IMG/VR virus record: IMGVR_UViG_3300037070_001217
Coordinates: 140 to 64,139 of that record
From: a virus
Taxonomy: Duplodnaviria; Caudoviricetes
DNA length: 64,000 nt
Direction: 5' to 3' (one strand)
Shown: in pieces, positions 37,141-46,920 of the stretch
Layout: each line of letters begins with the position of its first letter
Numbering within the stretch: the first letter of the stretch is position 1
The notes under the pieces: model-generated
Database searches by the model: none
Told to the model about the DNA's origin: nothing
Seen by the model: the letters and a program-made list of their open reading frames with translations, nothing else
Program-made: the position numbers and the translations under genes

Positions 37141-39146
37141 TCCTTTGGCTTGAGGATGGCGACGATCTCGCTCCCGGCTGACCAGCCGCCGCCCTGCGTG
37201 TTGAGGATGTAGATGAGGTTCTTCTTGGTCAGCGGCGAAACCACATGCCGCTCGACCTCGATCTCGCACTGGAACTCGATGGCCAGCGCGCGGGCAATCT
37301 TGACTGCCTCGCGCTTGGTGGCAATGACGTCACCATCAGAGCCGTAGACCGTGTAGACGATCATGCTCGATTCTCCTTTGCCATCTGGTCGAGCCGGATC
37401 GCGGTGAACAGGGCGAGCACCTGCTCACGATCCTTGCCGTACAGGCCTTGGTAGCTCTGCAGGTTGCCCAGCAGTTCCTCGGCCAGCTTGCGGTCATCCA
37501 TCGTCTGGATGATCTGGAACCATTCCTGAACGGAGCGGTGTTTCACTGGCTGGCCTCATCCAAGCTGGACAGGGCGTCGTCCATGCTGCTGACGGCCGCG
37601 TCGGCGTTGTCATAAGCGAACTGCAGGTTTTCGATCGCTGCCTCGATGACGGTGCCGCGCTCGCCGCTCTGGAAGGATTCGGGCAGGTTGTCGTAGGATT
37701 CCTGCTCCTCATCCTTCAGGGTGTCGATCTGGTCGCGGATGTCCTCGGCCCTGCTCTTGAGTTCATCCAGTTCCGTGTGCAGTGCAGTCAAGGCCTTGCG
37801 TCTGAGGGCGTTCATGCGATTTCTCCTTCTGGCTTGAGTGACTTGATGGTGGCCTCGATGGTGATGTCGACGTCGTTCCGGTTGGTTGGCACGACGTAGA
37901 CGCTCCAGCCGTCATCCATGAATGTCTCCACGATCATGGTGCCGAAGCTGCCATCAGGGTGGCTGGCGACGAGGTGCTCGATCCAAGCGATCTCGGTGTT
38001 CTTGGGGCCCTTCAGTTGCCAGTTGCACTGGACGCGGAATCCGCGTGCCCGCAGGGCCTTCTCAAGGGTGTTGTCCGGGTAGCGGTGGGTCATGCGAGTT
38101 CCTCCTTGTTGTCCATCAGGACGCAGACGATGCTGGGCTTGTGGGGCTGCTTGCGGGTGTCTAGCTGGATCGGCACATGCTTCTTCCCAGTCTCGCCAAA
38201 CAGGACCGCATCGAACTCGGGGATGTGGATGCCGTTCTTGAAGTGGGTGTGGCCGCTGTCGTGGTACTGGATGTCCACGCACTTGGCCGGGCCGTCGTGC
38301 TTGTAGGGCAGGAAGCTGAAGGTGATGCGCTTGCCCTCGCTGGTCTTGGCGGTGATGGTGAAGCTGCCGTCAGGGACGTCGACGCAGAGGTGAGGGTTGC
38401 GGTTGAACTCGGCGTAGCCATAGGCCACGGCCTCCTCGGCGGTGCAGATTTTGGTCATGTTAGGCTCCAACTAGCTTGAGGAAATCGTGGAAGGGGCGAT
38501 CGACCGTCCGGTAGATTCCGGGGGCGATCTGGATGAACGTCATCTTCTTGCCATCTCGCTCCTCGGGCGTGGCCAGCAGGATCGTGTCCATGTTGATCAG
38601 CAGCGGCTGATCGTTGTGATCTCTGAATTGCAGCAAGCGGCTCATTTCAGTCCTCCTAGATCGGTGTTGCATCCCCCGCGCTGCATGCCGTCAGCCCATG
38701 AGCGGCTGGTGCTCTTGGCGCGATTGCTGTCGTAAGCACCCATGATCACCGTCTGGGTGAAGAGCATCTCGCTCATGATGTCGAACTCGCCGTCGACCAT
38801 GCGGTCGTGGTCCCAGAAGGTGACCGTGCCACCCTCATCTTCCGCCTCGTTGTGCGGGCGGTAGGTGGCGACGATGCGCTGGCCTGCAGCGGTGTACAGG
38901 CGGCCGGTGTTGAAGCGGATGGTGTTCATGTCAGTCTTCCCTTTCGATTGCGTAAATCTGAAGCTGGCCGCCGCCGCCCCTGTGGCGGTGCAGCGCTGCG
39001 TCGGCAGCGTCGTGCTCGGGGTCCAGATCGAAGGCGACCAGTTCGCCCCAGCGGGCGAGGAAGGCGCGGCCGTCCTCGATGGTGGCGAGGTTCTTCGCCA
39101 CGGTGCGGCGGATGAGCCCGTCGTGCTCGAAGATGCGGTAGGTCAT
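37134..39146 (-). CDS. Eight small early genes (37134-37364, 37361-37546, 37543-37815, 37812-38093, 38090-38458, 38460-38645, 38642-38929, 38931-39146)
   Basis: Tiled ORFs with AGGAG/GGAG RBS; 37543-37815 has the common EEQESYDNLPESFQSGERG motif. Confidence 0.65.
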
Positions 39147-39147
39147 G

Positions 39148-39405
39148 TCAGTACTCCCTCTTGGGCTGGACGATCTCCAGCCCCTTCAGAGCGCGCGCCG
39201 TGGCGGTGGGATTGAACACGCCGCCGTCCCGGGTCTTCTGGCCTTCGAGGCCGGTGATCCCGAAAAACACGTTGGTCGCGTGCTTGATGGTGTGGGTGCT
39301 GTTCAGCGCCTCGACGGCAGCGCGGTAGAGAAATTCGTCGTTGCCGATCCAGAGGGCGATGTTCCAAGCGTTCCAGCTTGGGTGGCCGTTGTATTCCTTG
39401 CGCAT
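39148..39405 (-). CDS. Conserved small phage early protein
   Basis: YNG..WNAWNIALWIGNDE.LY motif; first gene after the 39.4-kb promoter. Confidence 0.7.
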   Translation of the reverse strand: MRKEYNGHPSWNAWNIALWIGNDEFLYRAAVEALNSTHTIKHATNVFFGITGLEGQKTRDGGVFNPTATARALKGLEIVQPKREY

Positions 39406-39421
39406 GATGGGGGCTCCTTTC

Positions 39422-39475
39422 CCCCTTGACTTAGGCGATCGTACTACGAAAGTCAAGGGGTTCGTGCTACGAAAT
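39422..39475 (-). promoter_or_regulatory. Early promoter with two operators inside or next to an 11-bp inverted repeat
   Basis: - strand TTGACT-17-TAAGTC; TCGTACTACGA at 39439-39449 and TCGTGCTACGA at 39462-39472; CCCCTTGACTT/AAGTCAAGGGG. Confidence 0.8.
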
Positions 39476-40640
39476 TAATTGCTGCAGGATGGTGCGGGCC
39501 TCGTCGCGGGTCTTGACCCGGAGCAGGTTGGTGAACCTGCGGCGCGGCACCCAGCAGCCGGTGTAGTGGGTCAGCAGCCAGCCGTTGGGGCTACGGTCCC
39601 GGGCGACCGCAATGCTGCGGCCACCCTCCATCACGGTCATGCCATTCTTGTATTCGTGGAAGGTCACGTCTCGATCTCCCTGTGGTACTTGGCAGGGACG
39701 ATCGCCCCGCCGTCCTCGCCGCCGCCCCAGTCGAAGCGTTCGGGCAGCTTGCCGTGGTCGACGTATGCCCACTGCCGATCGACCAGCCCTTCGACGTCGT
39801 TGCCCCGGTCGCGGACCAGACCAATGCTGGTCTTGACGTCGCGCTCGGCCCGGCAGAAGCGGGCGTGTTCGAGCGCCTCGGCGTAGCTGTCGAGGTGGTG
39901 GACATCGATGATGTCCCCGTCGCGGTCGATCTCCTCGACCAGCCACTCGATGCTGACGATGGTCTTCACGGGATGCAGACCTCCCACAGGCCCTTGTGCT
40001 CACCGACGACCATCTTCTGGATCGCGCCGGGGGCGCAGAAGCCGAAGTCGTAGCCAAGCCCTTCGTTAATGCGGGCGTTGTGCTTGGCGGCGCGGGCACA
40101 GACGTTGGCGGCCTCGCGCTCGGCGTAGTAGTACCAGCCCACCTTGGCACCGCCGCGCGTAGCGTCGGGCGCGGGGTAGGCGCGATAGTCGAGCTTCTTC
40201 ATGAGCTTCTCCTTTCAATAGTCGATGGCCATGCGGCCGGTGTCCTCGTCGTAGTGGTCGACTCGGGTGAGGCGGTAGCCGCGCGCCTGCTCGCCGTTGA
40301 ACTCGGCCTTGGCGGCCTTGATCGCAGCGGCAACGCCAGCGGCATTGACGGTGACCATGCGGAGCGCGCGAGCGCCGACGCGGGTGCCCTTCTGGAAGTG
40401 GACGGTGAACTCGGTCATGGACCTCTCCTTTCCTGAGATTGGGAAACCCGCCCGGAGGCGGGAAACCAAATGTCAGAAGCCGCAGGCGATCATGAAGCGC
40501 TCCATGTCGAAGGCGGGGTTCAACTTCTTGAAGGTGCGGCAGAGAGCGGCGGCGACCGCGTACAGGGTGGCGGCATCAGCGCCCCCGTCCTTCTGGTACT
40601 TGATGGTGGCGGCGATTTCGATGAAGTGTTTCTTGGTCAT
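39467..40640 (-). CDS. Five small early genes (39467-39667, 39664-39969, 39966-40202, 40215-40418, 40473-40640)
   Basis: GAAAGGAG RBSs; 40473-40640 reads MTKKHFIEIA..NPAFDMERF..ACG. Confidence 0.65.
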
Positions 40641-40661
40641 GGGGTAGCTCCTTTCCCCCTC

Positions 40662-40708
40662 AATATCGGGTTTCGTAGTACGGCAGTCAAGAGGGGTGTA
40701 CCACAAAT
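40662..40708 (-). promoter_or_regulatory. Early promoter with two operators
   Basis: - strand TTGACT-17-GATATT; TCGTAGTACGG at 40673-40683 and GTGTACCACAA at 40696-40706. Confidence 0.8.
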
Positions 40709-40897
40709 TTATTTGGCCCTGCCGTTTTTCCATTCGAGGAACATGCCGAGCGCGAGGAAAAGCACCGGGCCGAGCCACAGCCATGACGGCTCGTACCAAT
40801 GGCCGACGTCGGGCTGGGTGCCGCTGAGAAAGCAGGCCAGCGACTGGTTGGTGTCGTATTGCCAGTTGCAGAAGTGTTCCCATTCGAGCCGGGTCAT
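40709..40897 (-). CDS. Small membrane protein
   Basis: C-terminal TM segment WLWLGPVLFLALGMFL. Confidence 0.55.
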   Translation of the reverse strand: MTRLEWEHFCNWQYDTNQSLACFLSGTQPDVGHWYEPSWLWLGPVLFLALGMFLEWKNGRAK

Positions 40898-41103
40898 GGC
40901 TTGATCTCCTCGATCGAAAAGTGGGTGAGTTCCTCGGCGGTCAGCGGGCGCTCGGTGGCAAAGGTGCCGTAGCGGTGGCGTGACACCGGCATCTCAGGCC
41001 GGTTCATCGAGAACTCGGCCGGGATTTCGACGTACCACCACCCGCCGATGTCGGCGGGCAGGGTGAAGGTCGAGACGGGGCGAAGCAGGCTGCGGTAGGT
41101 CAT
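40894..41103 (-). CDS. Stand-alone DarA C-terminal-like domain protein
   Basis: Y..LRP..TLP..RYG..ERPLT.EE..F.I pattern. Confidence 0.55.
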   Translation of the reverse strand: MTYRSLLRPVSTFTLPADIGGWWYVEIPAEFSMNRPEMPVSRHRYGTFATERPLTAEELTHFSIEEIKP

Positions 41104-41495
41104 CAGCCAACGGCCTCCATGCAGAGCTTGTCGCTCAAGGGCTGCAGCACCTCGTTCCAGATCGCATCGCAAACCTTGTTGGCGGTGAAGTCAGCGACCA
41201 AGTCCCAGCCGTCGTTGCCGTAGACCAAAAAGAACCAGCCCCGGCAGACGCCCTCGGTGTCGTAGATCAGGATGCTCTCCTCGTCGGTCTGCCAGAGGTT
41301 GTCCATGATCTCGCGGTAGCCGGTGCCCTTGACGACCGGCTTGTCTTCGCCGTTGTCGATCGTGATGGCGAAGCCCCGGGCGAGGCAGGCCTTGACCAGC
41401 CCGCTCGCCATGCGCTTTTCCATGCGCATGCGCTTGGCACCGGCCGTCCAGCCCTTGGCTGTGGCGCGGGCGATTGCGTCGTTGAAAGCGTTCAT
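41103..41495 (-). CDS. Conserved phage early protein
   Basis: AAGGAG RBS; G..I.IDNGE..TDEE..GW..LVYGNDG.D..AD motif. Confidence 0.7.
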   Translation of the reverse strand: MNAFNDAIARATAKGWTAGAKRMRMEKRMASGLVKACLARGFAITIDNGEDKPVVKGTGYREIMDNLWQTDEESILIYDTEGVCRGWFFLVYGNDGWDLVADFTANKVCDAIWNEVLQPLSDKLCMEAVG

Positions 41496-41529
41496 GGCTG
41501 GTTTCTCCTTGATTCCGTTGGGTACATGC

Positions 41530-41582
41530 ATTATGTAGTACGAACCACGGAAACCGTCAAGGAGTTCCGTAGTACATTTTTG
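41530..41582. promoter_or_regulatory. Divergent control region with two operators
   Basis: - strand TTGACG-17-TACATA; ATGTAGTACGA at 41533-41543 and CCGTAGTACAT at 41567-41577, just before the RBS of the BrnA-like gene. Confidence 0.8.
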
Positions 41583-41595
41583 CGAGGAGAAACGC

Positions 41596-41811
41596 ATGGA
41601 CGTAGCAGTGGAAAAGAAGAAAGTCGGCCGCCCGCCGTCGAGGAAGAAGCTCCTGACGCTGCGGCTCGAACCGGAGATCGTGGATTTCTACCGGGAGCTA
41701 GGCGGCAAGGGCTGGCTGCAGGGTGTCAACGATACCCTCAAGCGAGCCATGAATAAGCGGCTGGCCCGGATGACTAGCCGCGCAACCCCCGCTGCCGCAA
41801 AGCGGAAATGA
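41596..41811 (+). CDS. BrnA-antitoxin-family ribbon-helix-helix protein (orphan; candidate repressor)
   Basis: GRPP..K..LTLRLEPEIVDFYR..GKGW..VN..LKRA; GAGGAG RBS; only + gene inside the - block. Confidence 0.8.
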   Translation: MDVAVEKKKVGRPPSRKKLLTLRLEPEIVDFYRELGGKGWLQGVNDTLKRAMNKRLARMTSRATPAAAKRK

Positions 41812-42208
41812 TCGTCGTGTGATCCCGCTTGAACTGCCGGGCCAAGTCCATCAGGCCCGGCCGCCTGCCTGCAATCCGACAGTTGATCCGCACTGCGGCG
41901 ATCGCGTCAAAGCGTGCCTCCACGATCGGGATCAGGCGGCTGTCGCTCATAACCTCATTCACCGAAACGCCGTGCCAGAATGCCACCTGTTGGATGATGG
42001 TGATCGGGCTGGTGTATGGCAGGATCGGGATGTTGACCCTTTTGTGGATGACGATCGGCTTGCGCCTTCGGGGCTTCATCTCGCGCGGGTGTTCTCTATT
42101 CCACCGCTGCGCCAGTGCGATCACCCGGTCGCGTCTTGGCGTTGGCGTCTTGGGCTCGACCAGCCGCTTGGCACCGGCCATCGTGCGCTTCCACGGAACC
42201 ACCATCAT
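41774..42208 (-). CDS. DnaA C-terminal-like HTH protein
   Basis: VA..HGVS..SR..IV.AR..LARQFKRDHTTII.A. Confidence 0.75.
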   Translation of the reverse strand: MMVVPWKRTMAGAKRLVEPKTPTPRRDRVIALAQRWNREHPREMKPRRRKPIVIHKRVNIPILPYTSPITIIQQVAFWHGVSVNEVMSDSRLIPIVEARFDAIAAVRINCRIAGRRPGLMDLARQFKRDHTTIISALRQRGLRG

Positions 42209-42825
42209 AGCAGTTTCCCCTGTTTGACCTCCCGGTCGAGCATTCGCAGGATGGTTTCGCCGCGATGACCTCGGTCCCAGCAAAACCACGCATTGTTCTG
42301 CGGCGGCGCTCCCTGTCCCGTAAAGTCCACTTTCCAGCGCAGCAGGTAGACCACGGCTGGCGGGTGGTATCTCCAGAGCGTTCCCAGTCCAGCGGCTGCA
42401 GGCCACGTCCACGGCAGCAGCAGCGCCATATACTCGATGTCGAGCACATGCAGGGCATGGCTGATCCATCTGGCTTTGCCATCGCGCCAATTCACCAGTG
42501 AGAACGGCGGATTGGTGACGATCGCCCGAGCCGGGGCCACGCTGAAGTCGAAGAACGATTGCACCTTGACGCCGGGACAGCCTCGATCAGCAATGTCGGA
42601 GGGAATGACTACGTGGCGGGGCTGCAGCACCCTGACGATCGCGCCATCCCCGGCTGCAGGCTCCCAGATCGTCCTGAAGGCATCCAGTCGACCGCACTCG
42701 GCGCGTACCAGCGCCCGGGTCACCTCGGCCGGGGTGGCATAGTAGTCCTGCGACACCCGCTCGATCGGCAGCGCGATCTTGCCAGTGGCCGCGAACAGGC
42801 CGCGCGCGGATCGCAGTTCAGTCAT
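42205..42825 (-). CDS. DNA N6-adenine methyltransferase (orphan)
   Basis: DYYATP, WEPAAGDG (motif I) and IVTNPPF (motif IV). Confidence 0.8.
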   Translation of the reverse strand: MTELRSARGLFAATGKIALPIERVSQDYYATPAEVTRALVRAECGRLDAFRTIWEPAAGDGAIVRVLQPRHVVIPSDIADRGCPGVKVQSFFDFSVAPARAIVTNPPFSLVNWRDGKARWISHALHVLDIEYMALLLPWTWPAAAGLGTLWRYHPPAVVYLLRWKVDFTGQGAPPQNNAWFCWDRGHRGETILRMLDREVKQGKLL

Positions 42826-43018
42826 CCTTGTACAGCCTCGCTCGCACCGCTGCGTCCTTGGCCTCCAGCAGCTTACGCAGTGCCACCGTGCGTTCCGGAT
42901 TGCGCGGCAGATCGCGCACGGTCGCCTCGGCAAGCTGGGCGAACGATTTGGAAATCACCTGCAGTTCGGCAGGCAGGTGCGCGTAGGCGAAGAATTGCAT
43001 GATCGGTTCGTTGGCCAT
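42818..43018 (-). CDS. Small helical-hairpin phage protein
   Basis: FFAYAHLP..LP..PERTVALRKLLEAKDAAVR; AGGAG RBS. Confidence 0.75.
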   Translation of the reverse strand: MANEPIMQFFAYAHLPAELQVISKSFAQLAEATVRDLPRNPERTVALRKLLEAKDAAVRARLYKDD

Positions 43019-43107
43019 CTCAAGCTCCTCTGGCGGGTTGTCCATGCCTGCGTCAGCCGGGTCGTGCGCGTCACTGAGAAGGGAATCTTGGTAAAGATGG
43101 TATCGCA

Positions 43108-43858
43108 TCACTCATAGCCCAGCGCCGCCACCGCTAGCTCGACCGCTGCGCGCAGCGTCTTGATCTGGTACATGTCGCGCTGATGCTCCTGCATGCGCTC
43201 CCTGTGCAGGTTTTCGGCCATCAGGATCGCCTCGTCTCGCGCCTTGATCGACTGGGCGATCTCGTCGTTGACCGCATCGATACGCACCTGCAGCGATTCA
43301 AGCTGCCGCTCGAACGCCGCCCGGCTCTTGTTGATCAGCGTGCTGTGCGATGCCTTCTGATGGACCTCACGCTGATCCAAGCGCGGCGTTTCGCCCTGCA
43401 CATGCAGCGCGTCTTTCATCGGCTCCGGTTCGAGCTTCAGGCTGTCCAGCGCCGTCTCGACCGCAGATTCGAAGTCGGTGTCCACCGTGGGTTTGTTCAT
43501 GTCATCTCCTTGCATGGTGAAATTGCTCAACCAGTCTTTCATGGTGCTCTTGTGAAATCCTCTCGAGCCGGTAACGCTCATGGCGATCGGTGATCTTCCA
43601 CCCGGTCAGCGGCAGCGTGTCGTTGATGCGCATCAGCAGCCACTCGAAGCTGGCCGCAAAGCGTGGCTCTTGGCCGTCCGTGTTGCTGATCCGGCGCATC
43701 GTGGCGCGGGTGATGGTGCGCGGATGCTGCATGGCCATGAACGACACCAGTCTGGCCCCGGGATGCTCGCTGTTGAGCCGCTTCAGGATGTCGCCAGCGC
43801 GCTCCAGCATCTGTGGATCGCCCTCGACCAGCGGCTTGTGCATTGGGATGACGGTCAT
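43108..43858 (-). CDS. Two hypothetical genes (43108-43500 coiled coil; 43502-43858)
   Basis: RBS or leaderless start after the 43.9-kb promoter. Confidence 0.6.
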
Positions 43859-43860
43859 GA

Positions 43861-43897
43861 CTACCGTAGTACGATCGCAGCTTGTACTACGTCAACC
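43861..43897 (-). promoter_or_regulatory. Promoter with two operators (probably leaderless transcript)
   Basis: - strand TTGACG; CCGTAGTACGA at 43864-43874 and TTGTACTACGT at 43882-43892; ATG at 43858. Confidence 0.7.
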
Positions 43898-44304
43898 CCT
43901 TAACCGCCAGCGAGGAGCCAAAACCACGCAGCGCCTTCAACTGCTTCTGCTTGAGCAGGTCGGGAATGCCCGCCGTCAGCAGCTTGGTTTCCGCAACCTT
44001 GGCGGCGGCGTTGGTGGCCGTCGTCGCGCCGCTCTGGGCCCCCGTGGTTTGGGCGCTCATGAGCGCCGTGGCCAGCGGGGACTGGTTGGTGGCAGTCGGC
44101 TGCTTCGGCAGCGTCGGATCGGCAATCTTGGCCATCTCAGTTCCCCTTCATCGCTCTCTTGAAACCCGTGTGCTTGTATTCCGGGCTCTTGCGCGCTTCC
44201 GTCAGCGCTGCCGCAACGGCCTGCTCTTGAGGATAGCCAGCTTTCTTCATCTCGCTGATGTTCTTGCTGATCGTTTTCTGGGTTCCACCTTTGGCAAGAG
44301 GCAT
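43887..44304 (-). CDS. Two small genes (43887-44135; 44137-44304 MPLAKGGTQKTISKNI-type basic protein)
   Basis: AGGAG RBS before 44304; common phage motif MPL.KG..KTIS.NI.E..QAVA.AL. Confidence 0.6.
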
Positions 44305-44400
44305 GGCAAGTCTCCTATGTCCTCGACATTAACCCCCAGCGTCTGCAGAACCAACATCGATTCTTCCCCCCGATCGCCTGTCGTACTATAAAAGCTGGAC

Positions 44401-44844
44401 ATGGGGAAGAATCAAATGGTAGAGCGCCAACTCGATCTGCTGAAGGGCAAGCGGCAAAAGGGGATTACTCCCCCCGGACCAACCGAGTTCGAGATTCATT
44501 GCACCGTCGCAGACTACCTGCGCAATGGGCTGGCACCGGGCTGGATGTGGTTCCACCCGGCCAACGGCGAACTGCGCAACAAGGCGACGGGCGGCAGACT
44601 CAAGCGCATGGGCGTCAAGCCCGGCGCGAGCGACATCCTGCTTGCCTGCGCCCCGTTCGCGCGGCTGCATGCCTTGGAATTGAAGCGCAAGGGCGAGAAG
44701 TTGCGCGCCGATCAGCGGGAGTGGATGGCAGAGGTGGTGTTCATTGGCGGCGAGGCCGCTTGGGCCGACAGTGTCGAGGGGGCCATCCAGATTCTGACAG
44801 ACTGGGGGGCGGTTTCGACTCGCATTCATTTGCAAGACGGCTAA
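44401..44844 (+). CDS. VRR-NUC-family nuclease / resolvase
   Basis: E..I..WFHPANGE..LKRMGVKPGASDIL..LELK..Q. Confidence 0.85.
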   Translation: MGKNQMVERQLDLLKGKRQKGITPPGPTEFEIHCTVADYLRNGLAPGWMWFHPANGELRNKATGGRLKRMGVKPGASDILLACAPFARLHALELKRKGEKLRADQREWMAEVVFIGGEAAWADSVEGAIQILTDWGAVSTRIHLQDG

Positions 44845-45002
44845 AGATAGAAAGGCCCGGGCGTTGGTCGCGCCACGGGCCCTTAATCCATCCCTCGATC
44901 ACCGTGCCTGCATCCGTGCGAAGGAAGACGACCTGAAAGGTCATGCACAATGTCGTGTCACAATAGCGCAAAGCCCCAGAGAATCAACGGGCGAGGTGTG
45001 TT

Positions 45003-46208
45003 GTGAGTGACGCACCCCGGCATTTCCCCGACATTTCCGCCCAGCAAGAGCAATGGTTCAAGGAGATTCGCGAGGAGGAGAACCGTCGCGGTCGACCCAA
45101 CGGCGAGTGGCGTGAGAAGCAAGAGAAGGCGATTGAGCCGTTCGCCACCATCCGGGCGTCGAGCTTTGAAGGCTTGCCGGTGCCAGAGGTCGAGTTCCTC
45201 GATGCGCGCAAGCTGCTTCCCCTTGGCCATGCATCGCTGCTCACCGGGGCCACCAAGGTAGGCAAGACCTACGTTGCGCTGCAGGCTGCAGTTTCCTGCG
45301 TCACTGGCACCAACTGGCTCAACGAGCCCATCAAACCGGGGCCGGTGATCTTCTACTCGGCTGAAGAAACCATCGATGTCCTGCACCTACGCCTCGACAA
45401 GATATGCATGGCCGAGCAGCTACACCTGCACCAACTGGGCGATCTTCACCTCATCGACCTGTCCAAGATCGTCAACGCCGCGCTGATCACCGGGGATAAT
45501 CGCACCGAAAGCATCACCGAAACGGCTCTCTACAAGGCCCTCGACGTGACGATGAAGCTGATCAGGCCGGTCCTGTTGTGGGTGGACAACAAGGGGCTGG
45601 CTGTCACCGGCAGCGAGATCAGCCGATCGATGGCGGCTGCAGGAGCGCGGGCTTTCCAAGTGCTGGCTCACAGGCATCACACCGCGATCGGGATGTTGAT
45701 GCACCCATCCAACGCTGGCGAGCAGAACGATACAGGCGCATCCGGCTCGACTGCGAACTTCGCTGGCTATCGCTCCGTGATCTACATGAAGAAGCCCAAG
45801 GATGGCGCGGCAGGCGTGCGCACGCTGGAGAACAACCTGACCAACTACAGCGAGGGCGGTACGCTGGTGAACCTGCTGTGGGATTTCGGGCGCTATCTCT
45901 GCACCGACAAGCCATCGCGCGCCGGGGATGACATAGGCAAGGGTGACAAGGCCGAGCGTGTGTTCATGAAGCTCCTGCGCTGGCATGACGCGAATGGATT
46001 GGGGGATACCCTGTCGCCAATGTCGAGGACAGGATCAGGCTATGCACCAAGCGTCTTTGCCGCCCATCAGGACTGCGAAAAGGTTACGCCCGGCCAGTTC
46101 AAAAGGGCCATGCAAAACCTGCTCGATCGCAAGACCATCGAGATCGCGGAGCGCGGTCCACCATCTAAGCGCGTGAAGTTCATTCGCGAGGTGAAATACA
46201 ACTTGTAG
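45003..46208 (+). CDS. RecA-family (AAA_25/RepA-like) helicase
   Basis: Walker A GATKVGKT, VIFYSAEE, MLMHPS..SGST motifs. Confidence 0.8.
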   Translation: MSDAPRHFPDISAQQEQWFKEIREEENRRGRPNGEWREKQEKAIEPFATIRASSFEGLPVPEVEFLDARKLLPLGHASLLTGATKVGKTYVALQAAVSCVTGTNWLNEPIKPGPVIFYSAEETIDVLHLRLDKICMAEQLHLHQLGDLHLIDLSKIVNAALITGDNRTESITETALYKALDVTMKLIRPVLLWVDNKGLAVTGSEISRSMAAAGARAFQVLAHRHHTAIGMLMHPSNAGEQNDTGASGSTANFAGYRSVIYMKKPKDGAAGVRTLENNLTNYSEGGTLVNLLWDFGRYLCTDKPSRAGDDIGKGDKAERVFMKLLRWHDANGLGDTLSPMSRTGSGYAPSVFAAHQDCEKVTPGQFKRAMQNLLDRKTIEIAERGPPSKRVKFIREVKYNL

Positions 46209-46297
46209 GGGCTGTTCGCTCCCCAGTTAGCGACCCTGTTCTAGCAAACCTGTTTTTGTAATGATTTCAACGTTTCGCAGCCTTCGCTCTCCCCAGT

Positions 46298-46350
46298 CCC
46301 CCCTACGGGGGATATACGGCCCTCTCGGGCGGCCGTTATCCCCGTGGGGG
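46298..46350. other. Long imperfect inverted repeat after the helicase (origin or terminator candidate)
   Basis: CCCCCCTACGGGGGATATACGGCC / GGCCGTTATCCCCGTGGGGG. Confidence 0.5.
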
Positions 46351-46920
46351 TTCAATCGGCGCTACAACCTGAAATGGGAGGAAACCATGATCGACCTCAT
46401 CGCGGACTACGCTCTCGCCATCGCCATCGTCGCTTGTCTCGCCATCGCGACCGTCTGGTGGATGATCTCGTCTTGACCTCGCCCCTTCCCAAGCCCATCT
46501 TCATCCAGCCCTCATGGGCCTCGACCCCATACCCTCATCGTCGGCCCATGGCTCACACAAAGCGCCTCGACCGTTCCCCCGGCCGGGGCGTTTCCATTCC
46601 ACGCAACCTTCACCGCCTCGCCTCGTTACCAGTCCGTGGCAGTCCGCCACACAAGGAAACTCCCATGGGAAATGGCGATGAAAAACGTCCGCAGTCAGAA
46701 AAAAAGCCAGACGACCCCGGCCAAAAACCCCCGCAGCCAGAAGTCGGCAAGCCCGGCGGCGAAGGCCCGTCCAAATCAAGCAAGCCCGGCCCGCACACCA
46801 TCGACCCGGACAACCTCACCAGCCCGGTGAAGCCAAGACCGTAGCTGATCAGCCCCGCTTCGACCGCCGTTTTCATCCCGCCCCGTGGTCGAGGCGGCGC
46901 TTTCGTGCTAGAGCGGCTGC

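Noticed and set aside
42205-42825. Restriction-modification system
   Set aside because: Orphan methyltransferase with no adjacent restriction endonuclease
29801-43892. CRISPR array suggested by the recurring GTACTACGAAAGTCAAGGGG
   Set aside because: Copies are kilobases apart, degenerate and coincide with promoters; there are no regular spacers and no cas genes
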